From NCBI GenBank assembly GCA_030390025.1, contig CM059432.1:50532001-50596000 (forward strand): a DNA stretch of 64,000 bases, written 5' to 3'. Below are positions 50,440-63,292 of the stretch, piece by piece. The notes below the pieces were generated by a model that did not search any database, was not told the DNA's origin, and worked only from the letters and a program-made list of their open reading frames with translations. This stretch comes from Squalus acanthias (lineage: Eukaryota). A program made the position numbers and the translations under genes. Positions within the stretch are counted from its first letter, which is position 1, and every line of letters starts with the position of its first letter.

Positions 50440-51302
50440 TAACATAAGAAGTAAGAGCAGGAGTAGGCCATACGGCCCCTCGAGCCTGCTCCGCCATTCA
50501 ATAAGATCATGGCTGATCATCGACCTCCACTCCACTTTCCCGCCCGATCTCCATATCCCTTGATTCCCCAGAGTCCAAAAATCTATCTATCTCAGTCTTG
50601 AATATAATCAAAGACTCCACATCCACAGCCCTTGGGCAGAGAATACCAAAGATTCACAACCCTCTGAAGAAATTCCTCCTCATCTCAGTCTTAAATGGCC
50701 TACCCCTTATCCTGAGACTATGCCCCCTAGTTCTAGACTCTCCAGCCAGGGGAAACAACCTCTCAGCATCTACCCTGTCAGTCCCCTTCAGAATCTTGTA
50801 TGTTTCAATGAGATCACCTCTCATTCTTCTAAACTCCAGAGAGTATAGGCCCATTCTACACAATCTCTCATCATAGGACAGCCCTCTCATCCCAGGAATC
50901 AATCTAGTGAACCTTCATTGCACCACCTCCAAGGCAAGTATATCCTTCCTTAGATAAGGAGACCAAAACTGCACAGTACTCCAGGTGTGGTCTCACCAAG
51001 GCCCTGTACAATTGTAGCAAGACTTCCTTACTCTTATATTCCAACCCCCTTGCAATAAAGGCCAACATGCCATTTGCCTTCCTTATTGCTTGCTGTACCT
51101 GTATGGTAGCTTTCTGTGTTTCTTGCACGAGGACACCCAAATCTCTCTGAACACCAACATTTGAAAGTTTCTCGCCATTTAAAAAATACTCTCTTTTTCT
51201 AAACTTCCTACCAAAGTGAATAACCTCACATTTCCCTACATTACACTCCATCTGCCACCTTACTGCCCACTCACTTAGTCTATCTATATCCCTTTGCAGA
51301 CA
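50440..51302 (-). mobile_element. CR1 3' fragment
   Basis: ORFs 50654-50902 and 50904-51251. Confidence 0.92.
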
Positions 51303-53030
51303 TCTTCATCTCCAGGCTGAACTTCTTTTATTGTGCTGTTAGATTGGATTTCCCATGCCTGATGGTCAATTCCTTGATTAGTCCATGTGTGGCATCTACT
51401 AATAGAACTTGTAACATAAATTGGGAAAAGTGTGTGCAATAGTTGTATTTTACATTTTTTAGTTCCACATATTCTAATTTATCTCCAGCATCTGTGCAAC
51501 ATTAGCTTAAAACCTAGTTTAATTTGGGTTCATGGTGTAGCTATTTAAGTCTTTCATGATCCATTTATGTTTCAGTCATCAGGGGATCATCTGGTGGTGT
51601 CCTATTTTATCCAAGAGATTTGAAAATTGCACCCAGTTAGGCCATCACTGATTCCCAGCTAAGACGTTAACTTTGTTCTTCACAAGTTAATGTATCTATT
51701 GTTCAAACCTTTTTGAATGTATGAATTTAAATTTATTTCATGGGTAAAGGTACTGCTGGTGTTTTGAAGACTTAGTGAACCTTTATTATAGATCCACCAT
51801 ATTTGTGATCGGACAAGGCAGTCCTTAGGTTAACGCTTTAAGTCCCAAGATTACTCTGCTGTTTCAGTTGGGTCAAGAAACTCAAGTCAGCACTGGAACT
51901 TCGCTTACATTGTGTACTTGTTGATAAAGCCTTAAGTCGTGTTCTTTCGCACAGAGGATTTTATGCAGTATTGACAGTTATTCATTTCATATGGTGCAAA
52001 GATACAAGACAAACCAGTGAAGAAGTAGATTTTGCAGAGAAGAAGCCAGCAGTCAGGTTGTGGGTAACTTTGTGGATACTTCCTTGGCATCTTTCAATCT
52101 AGTTCCAATTGATACCATGCAAAGCTGTTGCATGAAGCAATCCTCCCACTTTTAGTAAACGTGACTGTCTACATTTAATTGCAGTGCACAGTGTGTTTAG
52201 AATATTGGTTCCAACACTTGGTATTATGGCTCCTATACAAGGACCTCCCCATCCCCCCCTAATTTTGTATTGTTTTGGTATACCTCTACCAAAGGATACA
52301 GAATGAAGAGGAGAATAGATTACATAGCTAGTAGAATTTTCTCCAGTCTTTGAATGATATGCATCCTACACACATCACGGTTCCATCCTTGCAAGGTAAT
52401 GGACTTTGGTGGAGAGTGGGGGAGGTTACTATCCAGTGATAAGTTAATGAATATAGCTGATTAGTTGATAAATATAGCTTCAACTCAAAACAAACTGGTG
52501 CAGTTGCCTGAGGCTTTATATGGCATGGGAGTAAGAGATGATGTGTAACATCTCCTTACTGCAAAGTCCGACCCTATTCTCACGATTGTATTCAATACAC
52601 AGTTTCTCAGAAGCTGTGAAGTCAGGCTGTACTCCTACAGTGGTTTGCAGATTTAGATTAAGTCGATCTTATCAATAGATAATCTTTATTGCTTCTATTT
52701 ACAAGATGTTTTTAAAATGTTATCCATGCAGTAATGGTAAAAGAACATCCTAAATGCTGGAACTACACATGGTTGTTTAGTGTCCAGAAAAGAGAGAGGG
52801 GTTAATAATTTGAGCGTACTCCCTTCGAATGCTGATTGACCTGTTGTATGTTTCCAACATTTTCTGTTTTTATCCACACAATAATGTCTTGTGCTTTGAA
52901 AGTTGCAGTACATTTGTTCCACAGTTACGATTCTTTAAGGCAGAAACTCTCATAGTAGTTGTACCATCTGAATGATATAGTTCAATGAAAGATGCAGTGT
53001 ATTACATTTAGTTATGGTTTCCCACCACAG

Positions 53031-53167
53031 GCTTTCTGTGAAACATTGGAAGAAACTAACTACAGACTGCAAAAGGAGCTTGCTGAAAAACAGAAGGAAG
53101 TTGAGGCTTTGAAGAAATTACTGGAAGAAAAACATCTTCATATAGAAGTTTTAGAAAGTAGAGTAAG
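53031..53167 (+). CDS. SNX16: SNX16 coding exon 5 (137 nt, coiled coil)
   Basis: ccacag|[45 protein letters not shown]+AG|gtattt. Confidence 0.96.
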
Positions 53168-53796
53168 GTATTTGGATATGAGATTTACTTGTGGAGTTTT
53201 TTGTGGTTTGTAAAATCAATGCCCTAAATATTGTGTTGTCTAATCTATGACTGAGTTTTAACAATTCGGTCATTCCACTTTTACCTAAAAGTGGCTGTTA
53301 CCACAAGGTTATGGTCTGTTGAGTTAAATGATTAAATTGCCTCCTCTTTTTGGGATACTTGGAAGACTGTGCTGCACAGTATCAGAGTTGCGCTGGGGAC
53401 ATGTTTGAGACCCAATCTAGTCAGTTCGTGGACTGAGCTGTGTCCAGCAAGATGAGAAGGAAAGATTAGAGAAGAAAATAGCACTTTAGTCCTTGATGTC
53501 TTCCAGTACCTGTCTAAAAGGGCTTTGGTAGTGACTTTGGGGATTATTCTTACTAAAGCTAAGGATAGCTGGTGTAACGGACACAAGATCGTTCTGGGGT
53601 GTTGGTATGTTATCCGCGGTGTATTGGACATCAGCTATAGACTTGTCTACTGTAGTGCTGGATTATGTTATAGTCTGTATTTCACAAACGGACTATGCTA
53701 GTCTGTTTGTAAAGAATTGTAGAGCATTATAATCAAATTGCCAGTCTAATTATGTTTGTCTAGTGTGAACTTTATTTTTTAGACTCAAATGTGTCA

Positions 53797-56700
53797 TACA
53801 TAAGAACATAAATAGGAGCAGGAATAGGCCACTTGGCCCCTCGAGCCTGCTCCGCCATTCAATAAGATCATGACTGATCTTGGGCTCAAAGCCACTTCCC
53901 TGCCCGCTCCCCATAACCCTTCACGCCCTTATCTTGCAAAAATTTGTCTATCTCCACCTTAAATGTATTTAATGACCCAGCCTCCACGGCTCTCTGGGGC
54001 AGAGAATTCCACTGATTTACGACCCTCAGAGAAGAAATTCCTCCTCATCTCAGTTCTAAAAGGGCAACCCTTTATTCTGAAACTATACCCCCGAGTTCTA
54101 GATTTCCCCACGAGGGGAAACATCCTCTCTGCATCTACCTTGGCGAGCCCCCTCAGTATCTTATGTTTCAATAAGATCACCTCTCATTCTTCTAAATTCC
54201 AATGAGTATAGGTCCAACCTGCTCAACCTTTCTTCATAAGTCAACCCCCTCATCTCAAGAATCAACTGAGTGAATCATCTCTGAACTGCCTCCAATGCAA
54301 GTATATCCTTCCTTAAATATGGAGACCAAAACTGTACGCAGTACTCAAGGTGTGGTCTCACCAATACCCTGTACAGTTGTAGCAGGACTTCCCTGCTTTT
54401 ATACTCCAACCCCCTTGCAATAAAGGCCAACATTCCATTTGTCTTTTTGATTACTTGCTGTACCTGCATGCTAACTTTTTATGTTTCATGCACAAGGACC
54501 CCAGGTCCCTCTGAACTGTAGCATTTTGTAATTTCTCTCCATTTAAATAATAATTGGCGCTTTTATTTTTCCTGCCAAAGTGTATAACCTCACACTTTCC
54601 CACATTATACTCCATCTGCCAAATGTTTGCCCACTCACTTAGCCTGTCTATATCCCTTTGCAGGTTCTTTGAGTCCTCTGCACAACTTGCTTTCCCACCC
54701 ATCTTTGTATCATCTGCAAACTTGGCTACATTACACTCAGTTCCTTCATCCAAGTCATTAATGTAGATTGTAAATAGTTGAGGCCCCAGCACCGATCCTT
54801 GTGGCACCCCACTAGTTGCCGTTTGCCAACCAGAAAATGACCCATTTATCCCGACTCTCTGCTTTCTGTTAGTTAGCCAATTCTCTATCCTTCTGGAAAT
54901 CCAAATACACCACATCCTTATCCACCCTGCTCGTTACATCCTCAAAGAACTCCAGCAAATTTGTTAAACGTGATTTCCCTTTCATAAAACCATGCTGACT
55001 CTGCTTGACTGCATTATGATTTTCCAAATGCTCTGCTACTACTTCCTTAATGAAGGACCCAGCATTTTCCCAACGACAGATGTTAGGCTAACTGATCTAT
55101 AGTTTCCTGTCTCCCTCCTTTCTTAAATAGGGGTGTTACATTTGCGGTTTTCCAATCCGCTGGGACCGCTCCAGAGTCCAGGGAATTTTGGTATATTGCA
55201 ACCAATGCATCCACTATCTCTGCAGCCACTTCTTTTAAGACCCTGGGATGTAGGCCATCTGGTCCAGGGGACTTGTCGTCTTTTAGTCCCATTATTTTAC
55301 CAAGTACTTTTTTTCCTTAGTGATAGTGATTGTCTTTAGTTCCCCCCTCCCTGTGGCCCCTTGATTATCCATTATTGGGATGTTGTTAGTGTCGTCTACC
55401 ATGAAGACAGATACAAAATATTTGTTCAGAGTCTCTGCCATTTCCCTATTACTAATTCCCCATTCTCATCCTCTAAGGGACCAATGTTTACTTTAGCTAC
55501 TCTCTTCCTTTTTATATACCTGTAGAAGCTCTTACTTTCTGTTTTAATATTTCTTGCCAGTTTACTCTCATAATTTATCTCTCTTTAGTCATCCTTTGCT
55601 GGTTTTTAAAAATTTCCCAATCCTCTGGCCTCCCACCAATCTTGCGTGCATTTTCAATTTGATACCATCCTTTACTTCCTTAATTAGCCACGGATAGTGC
55701 TCCCTCCTCTTAAAATCTTTCTCACTGGAATATATTTTTGTTGAGAGTTATGAAATATCTCCTTAAATGTCCGCCACTGCATTTCAACTGTCTTACCTTT
55801 TAATTTATTTTTCCAGTCCACTTTAGCCAGTTCTGCCCTCATGCCATTGTAATTGCTTTGTTTAAGATCAGGACACTGGTTTGAGATACAACTTTCTCAC
55901 CCTCCAACTGAATTTGAAATTCAACCATGTTATTATCACTCTTTCCTAGAGGATCCTTTACCATGAGATCACTTATTAATTCTGTCTCATCACACAGTAC
56001 CAGATCCAAGATAGCCTGTTCCCTGGTTGGTTCCATTACATACTGTTCTAGGAAACCATCCCAGATACACTCTATGAACGCCTCTTCAAGGCTACCATGG
56101 CCAATTTGATTTGTCCAATCAATATGGAGATTAAAATCATCCATGATTATTACTGTACTTTTTTTTACAGGCCTCCATTATTTGTTGATTTTTATACTAT
56201 GTCCAACAGTATTGCTACTGTTCGAGGGGCCTGTAGACTACGCCCACCAGAGGCTTTTTCCCCTTACTTTTTATCTCCACCCAAACCAATTCTACATCTT
56301 CTGAGCCAATATCACTTCTCACCACTGCACTGATCCCATCCTTTACCAACAAAGCCACCCCACCTCCCTTTCCTTTCTGTCTATCCTTCCGAATTGTCAA
56401 ATATCCTGGCATATTCAGTTCCCAGCCCTGGTCACCTTGCAACCACGTCTCTGTAATGGCGATCATATCATACCCATTTGTATCTATTTGTGCCGTCAAC
56501 TCATCTATCTTGTTACGAATGCTGCGTGCATTCAGATATAGAGCTTTTAACTTTGTCTTTTTACCATTTCTTCTTGTTTTGGCCCCATTTTCTGTTGCAC
56601 TCTTATTTTTAAACATTCTGTCCCTTCCTGTCACACTCTAGTGGTTATTTTCCCCCATCTCTATCCTGCTCTATTGTTTTCTCATTCATTGACTTTTTAA

Positions 56701-57890
56701 ATTCACCTGGACCCTCCCCCCCCCCCCCCCCCCCCCACTATTTAGCCTCTCTACAGCCCTAGTTATTCGATTCGCCAGGACTCTAGCCCCAGCATGGTTC
56801 AAGTGAAGCCCACCCAAACTGAACAGCTCCCTCTTATCCCAGTACTGGTGCCAGTGCCCCACAAATCAAAACCCATTTCTCCCATACCAGTCTTTGAGCC
56901 ACTCGTTCACATGCAAATTTGCTCGTGGCTCAGGTAGTAATCCAGAGATTATTACCTTTGTGGTTCTGCTTTTTAATTTAGCCCCTAGCTGTTCATACTC
57001 CCTCAGCAGAACCTCTTTCTTTGTCCTTCCTATGTCATTGGTACCTACGTGGACCATGACAACTGGATCTTCCCCCTCCCACTCCCAAGTTCCTCTCCAG
57101 CCCAGAGGAGATGTCCTTTACCCTGGCAGGCAACACAGCCTTCGGGACTCACGCTCTCGGCTGCAGAGAACAGTATCTATCCCACTAACTATACTGTCCC
57201 CTATCACTACAACATTTCTTTTTACTCCCCCCCACTTGAATGGCTCCCTGTACCACGTGCTGTGGCCAAATTGCTCATCCTCCCTGCAGTCCCTGCCCTC
57301 GTCCACACGGAGCAAGAATCTCGTACCTGTTAGACAAGGCCAAGGGCTGAGGCTCCATCACTACCTCCTGGATCCCATACCTGCCTCGTTTGTAGTCACG
57401 GACCGAGGCCAAATTGGAAGTAATTACTCTAGTGGGTGTGACTGCCTCCTGGAACTTGGTATCCAGGTAACGTTTCCCCCTCCCTAATGTGTCGCAGTGT
57501 CCGAAGCTCTGACTCAAGCTCATCAACTCTGAGCCGAAGTTCCTTGAGCAGCCAACATTTGCTGCAGATGTGGTCGCCGTGGGCCTCAATGGTGTCCACG
57601 AGCTCCCACATGCAACAACAACACATTGCCTGGTCTCCCATCTCAATTAATTAATTCATTAATTAGTTTTTAAAATTTGGAACATGTATATCTTTTAATC
57701 TACACCAAGGCACTTAAATTTAGACGCCCAAGTTTGGAAAAAACGAGAAATAGAGAAATAATCACCAACCAATCACTTACCTGCTTTCTGGAGACTTCAC
57801 ACTTTTTACTTCTTTCCACTCACCGGTCCATTGTAGCTGCTCCCGTGGGCCCCCGCTCACCTTTAAATCAGCCGCTGAGGTCTCGCGCTC
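53797..57890 (-). mobile_element. Near full-length decayed CR1 with ORF1 (Cys-rich/leucine-zipper + SGNH esterase) and ORF2 (EN-RT)
   Basis: ORF1 pieces: CCCMW...HICSKC..LKELRLRVDELESEL, VVIGDSIV, VHVGTNDIG. ORF2 pieces: LKALYLNARSIRNK...IAITETWL, GVPQGSVLGP, FADD. Confidence 0.93.
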
Positions 57891-58600
57891 TTATGTATAC
57901 ATATAGACTGGGCAAACCAAATTTGCAGTAATAGTGTGGAGGACGAATTCATGGAATTGTATGCAAGATAGTTTTCTAGATCAGTATGTTGAGGAACCAA
58001 CTAAGGAACAGGCTATTTTAGATCTAGTATTGTGCAATGAGAAAGGGTTAATTAATAACCTTGTAGTAAAGGGGCCTTTAGGGAAGAGTGACCATAATAT
58101 GTTAGAATTTTATATTGAGTTTGAAAGTGATTTAGTTAAATCCGAAACTAGGGTCTTCAATCTAAACAAAGCAGGTATGAGGGGCAAGTTGGCTAAGGTA
58201 GATTGGGAAGCTACATTAAAAGGTATGACAGTAGACAAGCAATGGCTAGCATTTAAAGAATTAATACATAATTTACAACAAATATACATTCCTTTAAGGC
58301 ACAAAATCCCCACAGGAAAAGTGGTCCAACTGTGGCTAACAAAGTTAAAGATTAGTATTAGATCAAAGGAAGAGGCTTATAATGTTGCCAAAAAGAGTTG
58401 TAGGCCGGAGGATTTTAGAGTTCAGCAAAGGAGGACCAAGAAATTGATAAAGGGAAAATAGAATGAGAGTAAATTAGCGAGAGACATAAAAACAGAATGT
58501 AAAAGCTTCTATTGGTACGTAAAAAGGAAAAGATTAGCGAAAGTAAACGTGGGTCCCTTGCCGGCTGAGACGAGAAATTATAATGGGGAATAAGGAAATG

Positions 58601-58676
58601 ATGCGGAGATGCCGGTGTTGGACTGGGGTGGACAAAATTGAGAGGTCGCACAACACCAGGTTATGGTCCAACAGTT
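58601..58676 (-). mobile_element. 76-bp terminal fragment of the hammerhead-bearing family, 11-bp TSD
   Basis: Reverse complement of ~33971-34046; TSD ATAAGGAAATG at 58590-58600 and 58677-58687. Confidence 0.85.
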
Positions 58677-58711
58677 ATAAGGAAATGGCAGAGAAATTAA
58701 ACACATACTTT

Positions 58712-60452
58712 GGGCTTGATTTTGCCGGTGCTCAGAGGGTGGGTTTGGAGGCAGGTCCGCTGTCAAAATAGCAAAGATTGACACAGGTAGGAAACCCACT
58801 GTCAACCCACCTCCACGCGTGTCTCCCATGTGTCCGGTCTGTCAGTGGAGAACTGACCCGACACCAAGCGGCAGGGGAGACAATTGAGCTCATTAAATGG
58901 CTTGTTAAGAGCTAATTTAATGGTATTTTGAGACTTCCTTCCAATTTTACGTTCCCCCCCATGGGTTACCCGCTGCTCGGGGAACACGCCAGCTCACTCT
59001 GGCGTGAGTTGAGTCTGCTCTGATGTATCTGATAAGCTGACAGCTGCAGAAGTGGCGTGAAGGATGTCATGTTGCAGATGGTCAGTTTCAGAGCACAGAA
59101 ACTGTTGGATACTGCATTTGTAAGACATATAGAGATTTCTTTAGCTTCCAAGTGTCTAGAGCCAACTGTATGTCCAGTGCCATCTCATTGGAACAACCTC
59201 TGTCACCATTGACATCGCTTCTGCTATCTCACCTGCAGCTGACATCTATTGCAGCAACATCAGCGCCCTAGAAACTACCTCGCCTTGCTCCTGATTCCTT
59301 CCACGCTCAGCCCCAGGCACACCAGCAGCACAAACAACAACACCACCAACCTTCTCCGCCATCACCTGATGCTACACAGTGCATCAGCACCTGACAACAT
59401 TGCTGCCCGGGATGCCAGCAATGGCATCACCATGGCCAGATTTACTTCACTTGACGCTGTAAACCCTGGCTGCTACATGATGCACCAGGTTGACACCATC
59501 CCACACCAACACCGTAAAGCATCCCCTTAATGTCCAAGCCATTCCATGCACACTCATCACTATAATGGGGGGAGGGGGGTAAGTTATGTCTCAACATTCA
59601 CTGGAACTCACTAAGACACTTCTCAAGGTGCGCACCGATCTGTCCAATAAGGGGCAGTGTTGAAATTATAGATTTCACTGTGACAACACATTACCAGAAA
59701 CTTCACATGGTCATTGGCTAAACCCCTCAGGTGCCTACCTTTGTATGTTGTTAGTTGGTATGCTTGCTGTCGGATGAGGGTGAGTGTGAGGGGTGGCTAG
59801 TGAGATGGGGAAGTGATAACGTAGATAGAGAGGGATGGGTGGAGGTGCAAGGTAAGTTGGTGTGAGTAAGGATGTGCAGGAGAAGGGTATGGAAGGCAGA
59901 GTGATGGGCATGTGTTGAGTGGCACAGCAGGGTGAGTTTGAGCGTGGCTTTGCAGTAACATTTCGTGATCCATGGAGATCATTGAAAGGTTGGCACCACT
60001 GCAGCCAGGGACCCCAGACGACATCCCTTTTGCCCTCCTGCGCAATGTGCAACCAGGCTGCGTTGGTGTCTTGGGGAGGTCTCTTCCGCACTTGGAAGGG
60101 AAGAAAACCTCCCTGCATGCTGTGACTCCCTCCGAGAGCCTGGGTGCAACCGTCCACCTTTGTGCAGTGCTCGTCAGTGTTTGCAACACCTCAATGCTGT
60201 CAAACACTGACAGAACAACTGTCAAACTCAATGTGGCCATGGTCCCTTTAAGGAAACCAGCTTATGACGCGTCATCAAATGACATCATCAGACCCGCTTC
60301 TTGTTAATTGACTAGGCAGCCCGCAGGGCGGGCTTAACGAGGCCAATCAAGGGAAAATCCCATTGACAGCGCGATTGCAGCCAGGTGCGGGACCGGAACA
60401 CGGCAAACACCTATCCTGCCACCATCCCGACACCGCTGAGAAAATCCAGCCC
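58712..60452. mobile_element. Non-autonomous PIF/Harbinger-like DNA transposon with Myb/SANT-like remnant
   Basis: TIRs GGGCTTGATTTT / AAAATCCAGCCC and 3-bp TSD TTT in the host CR1; minus-strand AAWLHIAQE...W.QW...FNDL motif at ~59970-60070. Confidence 0.8.
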
Positions 60453-62214
60453 TTTGTGTCTGTCTTCACGGAAGAAGACACAAAAAACTTCCCGGAAATA
60501 GTGGAGAACGAAGGGTCTAGCGAGAATGAGGAACTGAAAGAAATTAGTATTAGTAAAAAAAAAAAAGTTCTAGAGAAATTAATGGGACTGAGCCAATAAA
60601 TCCCCTGGACCTGATGGACTACATCCTAGGGTTTTGAAAGAGGTGGCTATAGAGATAGTGGATGCATTGGTTGTCATTTTCCAAAATTCCATAGCTTCTG
60701 GAACGGTTCCCGCAGATTGGAAGGTAGCAAATGTAACCCCACTATTTAAGAAAGGAGGGACAGAGAACTACAGACCAGTTAGCCTGACATCAGTAGTAGG
60801 GAAAATGCTAGAATCTATTATTAAGGACGTAGTAATAGGGCACTTAGAAAATAATCATAGATTGGGCAGAGTCAGCATGGATTTATGAAAGGGAAATCGT
60901 GTTTGGCAAATGTAATATATCCAAGTTTGCTGATGATACAAAGCTAGGTGGGAATGTAAGTTGAGGAGGATGCAAGAAGGCTTCAAGGGGATTTAGACAG
61001 GCTAAGTGAGTCAGCAAGAACATGGCAAATGGAATATAATGTGGAGAAATGTGAAGTTATCCACTTTGGTAGGAAAAATAGAAAAGCAGAGTATTTTTTA
61101 AATGGTGAGAGACTGGGAAATGTTGGTGTTCAGAGGGACCTGGGTGTCTTTGTACACTAATCACTGAAAGTTAATATGCAGGTACAGCAAGTAATTAGGA
61201 AATCAAATGGTATGTTGGCCTTTATTACAAGAGGATTTGAGTATAAGAGTAAAGATGTCTTACTGCAATTATATAGGGCCCTGGTGAGACCATACCTGGA
61301 GTATTGTGTACAGTTTTGGTCTCCTTACCTAAGGAAGGATATACTTGCCATAGAGGGAGTGCAACAAAGGTTCACCAGACTGGTTCCTGAGATTGGCGGG
61401 GGGGTGGAATTGTCCTATGAAGAGAGATTGAGTAGACTAGGCCTATATTCTCTGGAGTTTAGAAAAATGAGAGGTGATCTCATTGAAACATACAAAATTC
61501 TTACAGGGCTTGACAGGGTACAAGCAGGGAGGATGTTTCCCCTGGTTGGGGAGTCTAGAACCAGGGGTCACAGTCTCAGAATAAGGGGTCGGCCATTTAG
61601 GACTGAGATGAGGAGAAATTTCTTCACTGAGGGTGGTGAATCTTTGGAATTCTCTACCCCAGAGGGCTGTGGACGCTCAGTCGTTGAGTATATTCAAGAT
61701 GGAGATCAGTAGATTTTTGAATATTAAGGGAATCAAGGGATATGGGGATAGTGCAGGAAAGTGGAGATGAGGTAGAAGATCAGCCATGATCTTATTGAAT
61801 GGCGGAGCAGGCTCGAAGGGCCAAATGGCCTACTCCTGCTCCTATTTCTTATGCTCTTGTGTGTGGTGTTTCTACCTCTTGGTTGTCCTTTCCTGCCCAA
61901 CTGTAGCTATTCTGGTCTGGGCATTGAATGTTTGGCAGATTGTTCAACCATAGCCAAACCTGTCCTCGTGTAGCATCGTCACAGTAGGGCAAACCATCCC
62001 GTTGACAACAATTTAAAGACCCTTTTGTCAGCTTCTATTGAGAGTTTGAAGATTGCCATTACTTGTTGCACCACATTTCAAATCTGGGTTCATATTCTTG
62101 TTTTTCTGCTTTTCTTGACACTAAGATTGTTATAGAGCTACAAAACGCAGTGTGAATATGTGCATGCAGTAAAGCTAGTAAGTTGTCTAATTTTTGTATT
62201 CTTGACTCTTGTAG

Positions 62215-62331
62215 GGAAATGTCCTCAGAACTGGAGAAAACACGCAGACCCTCTGGGCAGGAGAGTGAATGTAGTGGAGAAGTTGAGTCTTCCGCAGTAG
62301 AGGCTGACCAAGCTGTAATGGAGGATAACAG
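62215..62331 (+). CDS. SNX16: SNX16 coding exon 6 (117 nt, acidic C-terminal region); gene continues past the window
   Basis: cttgtag|G+EMSSELEKTRRPSGQESECSGEVESSAVEADQAVMEDN+AG|gtagat; VESSA.E.DQ resembles the SNX16 C-terminal region; phase 2/2 consistent. Confidence 0.88.
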
Positions 62332-62379
62332 GTAGATTTGAAGCCACATAGACTAATCACTGACTTACAGTAGTGGGAA

Positions 62380-63290
62380 AAAATGCCCAAATTCTGAAGA
62401 TTATAATAAATGCATCTCCAATTTCTTTACCTATTTTGTCCAGCCTCATTTACTTAGTTTTATCCATTACAGTTTTTCTCTTTATACAAATGCCTGTAAG
62501 TCTCTCTCCTTCACTAATTTTTAATTTTCTGTGCACTTCTTCTAGTGTCATATCTACCTTTTCCATTGTGAAGACTCGAGCAAATTATTAATTTAACAAT
62601 GTTGTCATACCCCTTATCTTTTTATCAATTTTTAAGGGGTTCACTTTCTTTACCATCTCTGTTGATGTACTTTGCTATTACTATTACAGTAATACCATCT
62701 GCAAGTTTTTTTTTCATATTCTCTATTTGTTGTCATCATTTTCTTGGTGCCTTTGTTCCTTTCTCGAATCCACCCAGTCCTCATTCATGCCTGCTTCCTT
62801 CACTCTTCCCTTTATTTGCATTCTCCCGCTGTTTAATACTGGTCCCAGACATTCTTGTAATCCGTAGTTGCATCATGGTGGAAGTACCTCATTTGCCTTT
62901 CAGGGGTATACGTCTTGTTTTGTAATCCATTTGAACAGATTGCGCTGTTGATCAACTAATAATTTCTCCCATGTTATTCTAGACAATCCCTTCCTCATTC
63001 TCTAAAAGTAGCTTTGTTTAAATCCAAAATCTTGGTTTGTGACATTCCTTTCACTCCTTCAAGCCCAAATGGAATTTACCATCATATTATGGTCACTATT
63101 GATGCTTTTCAATACCAGAGTGCCTAATTTTTTTTCTGGTTTCTTACTTTATTTAGTTATGGGTTTGATTTAATTATGGGTATCACCTGCTCCGTCTTTG
63201 GGTTAAAGCCATACTGCTTTAGGAAACTGTATTAAAGCATGCAATAAATCTTAACTTTTTCCCACCTATATGTAGATTTAAACCTCCCAT
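62380..63290 (-). mobile_element. Old degraded CR1-like ORF2 fragment
   Basis: Reverse strand shows degenerate CR1-like motifs (agtgaccataatatg, ttcacaatggaaaag). Confidence 0.5.
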
Positions 63291-63292
63291 TA

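Larger units (their letters stand above)
57900..61860 (+). mobile_element. CR1 LINE with two nested insertions (58601-58676 and 58712-60452)
   Basis: ORFs 57934-58461, 60634-60888 and 61176-61712; collinear with 20150-22462 once the inserts are removed. Confidence 0.92.

Noticed and set aside
52740..52875. Degenerate Penelope-like end remnant (also ~41355-41450)
   Set aside because: Too diverged to bound, and no intact hammerhead core.
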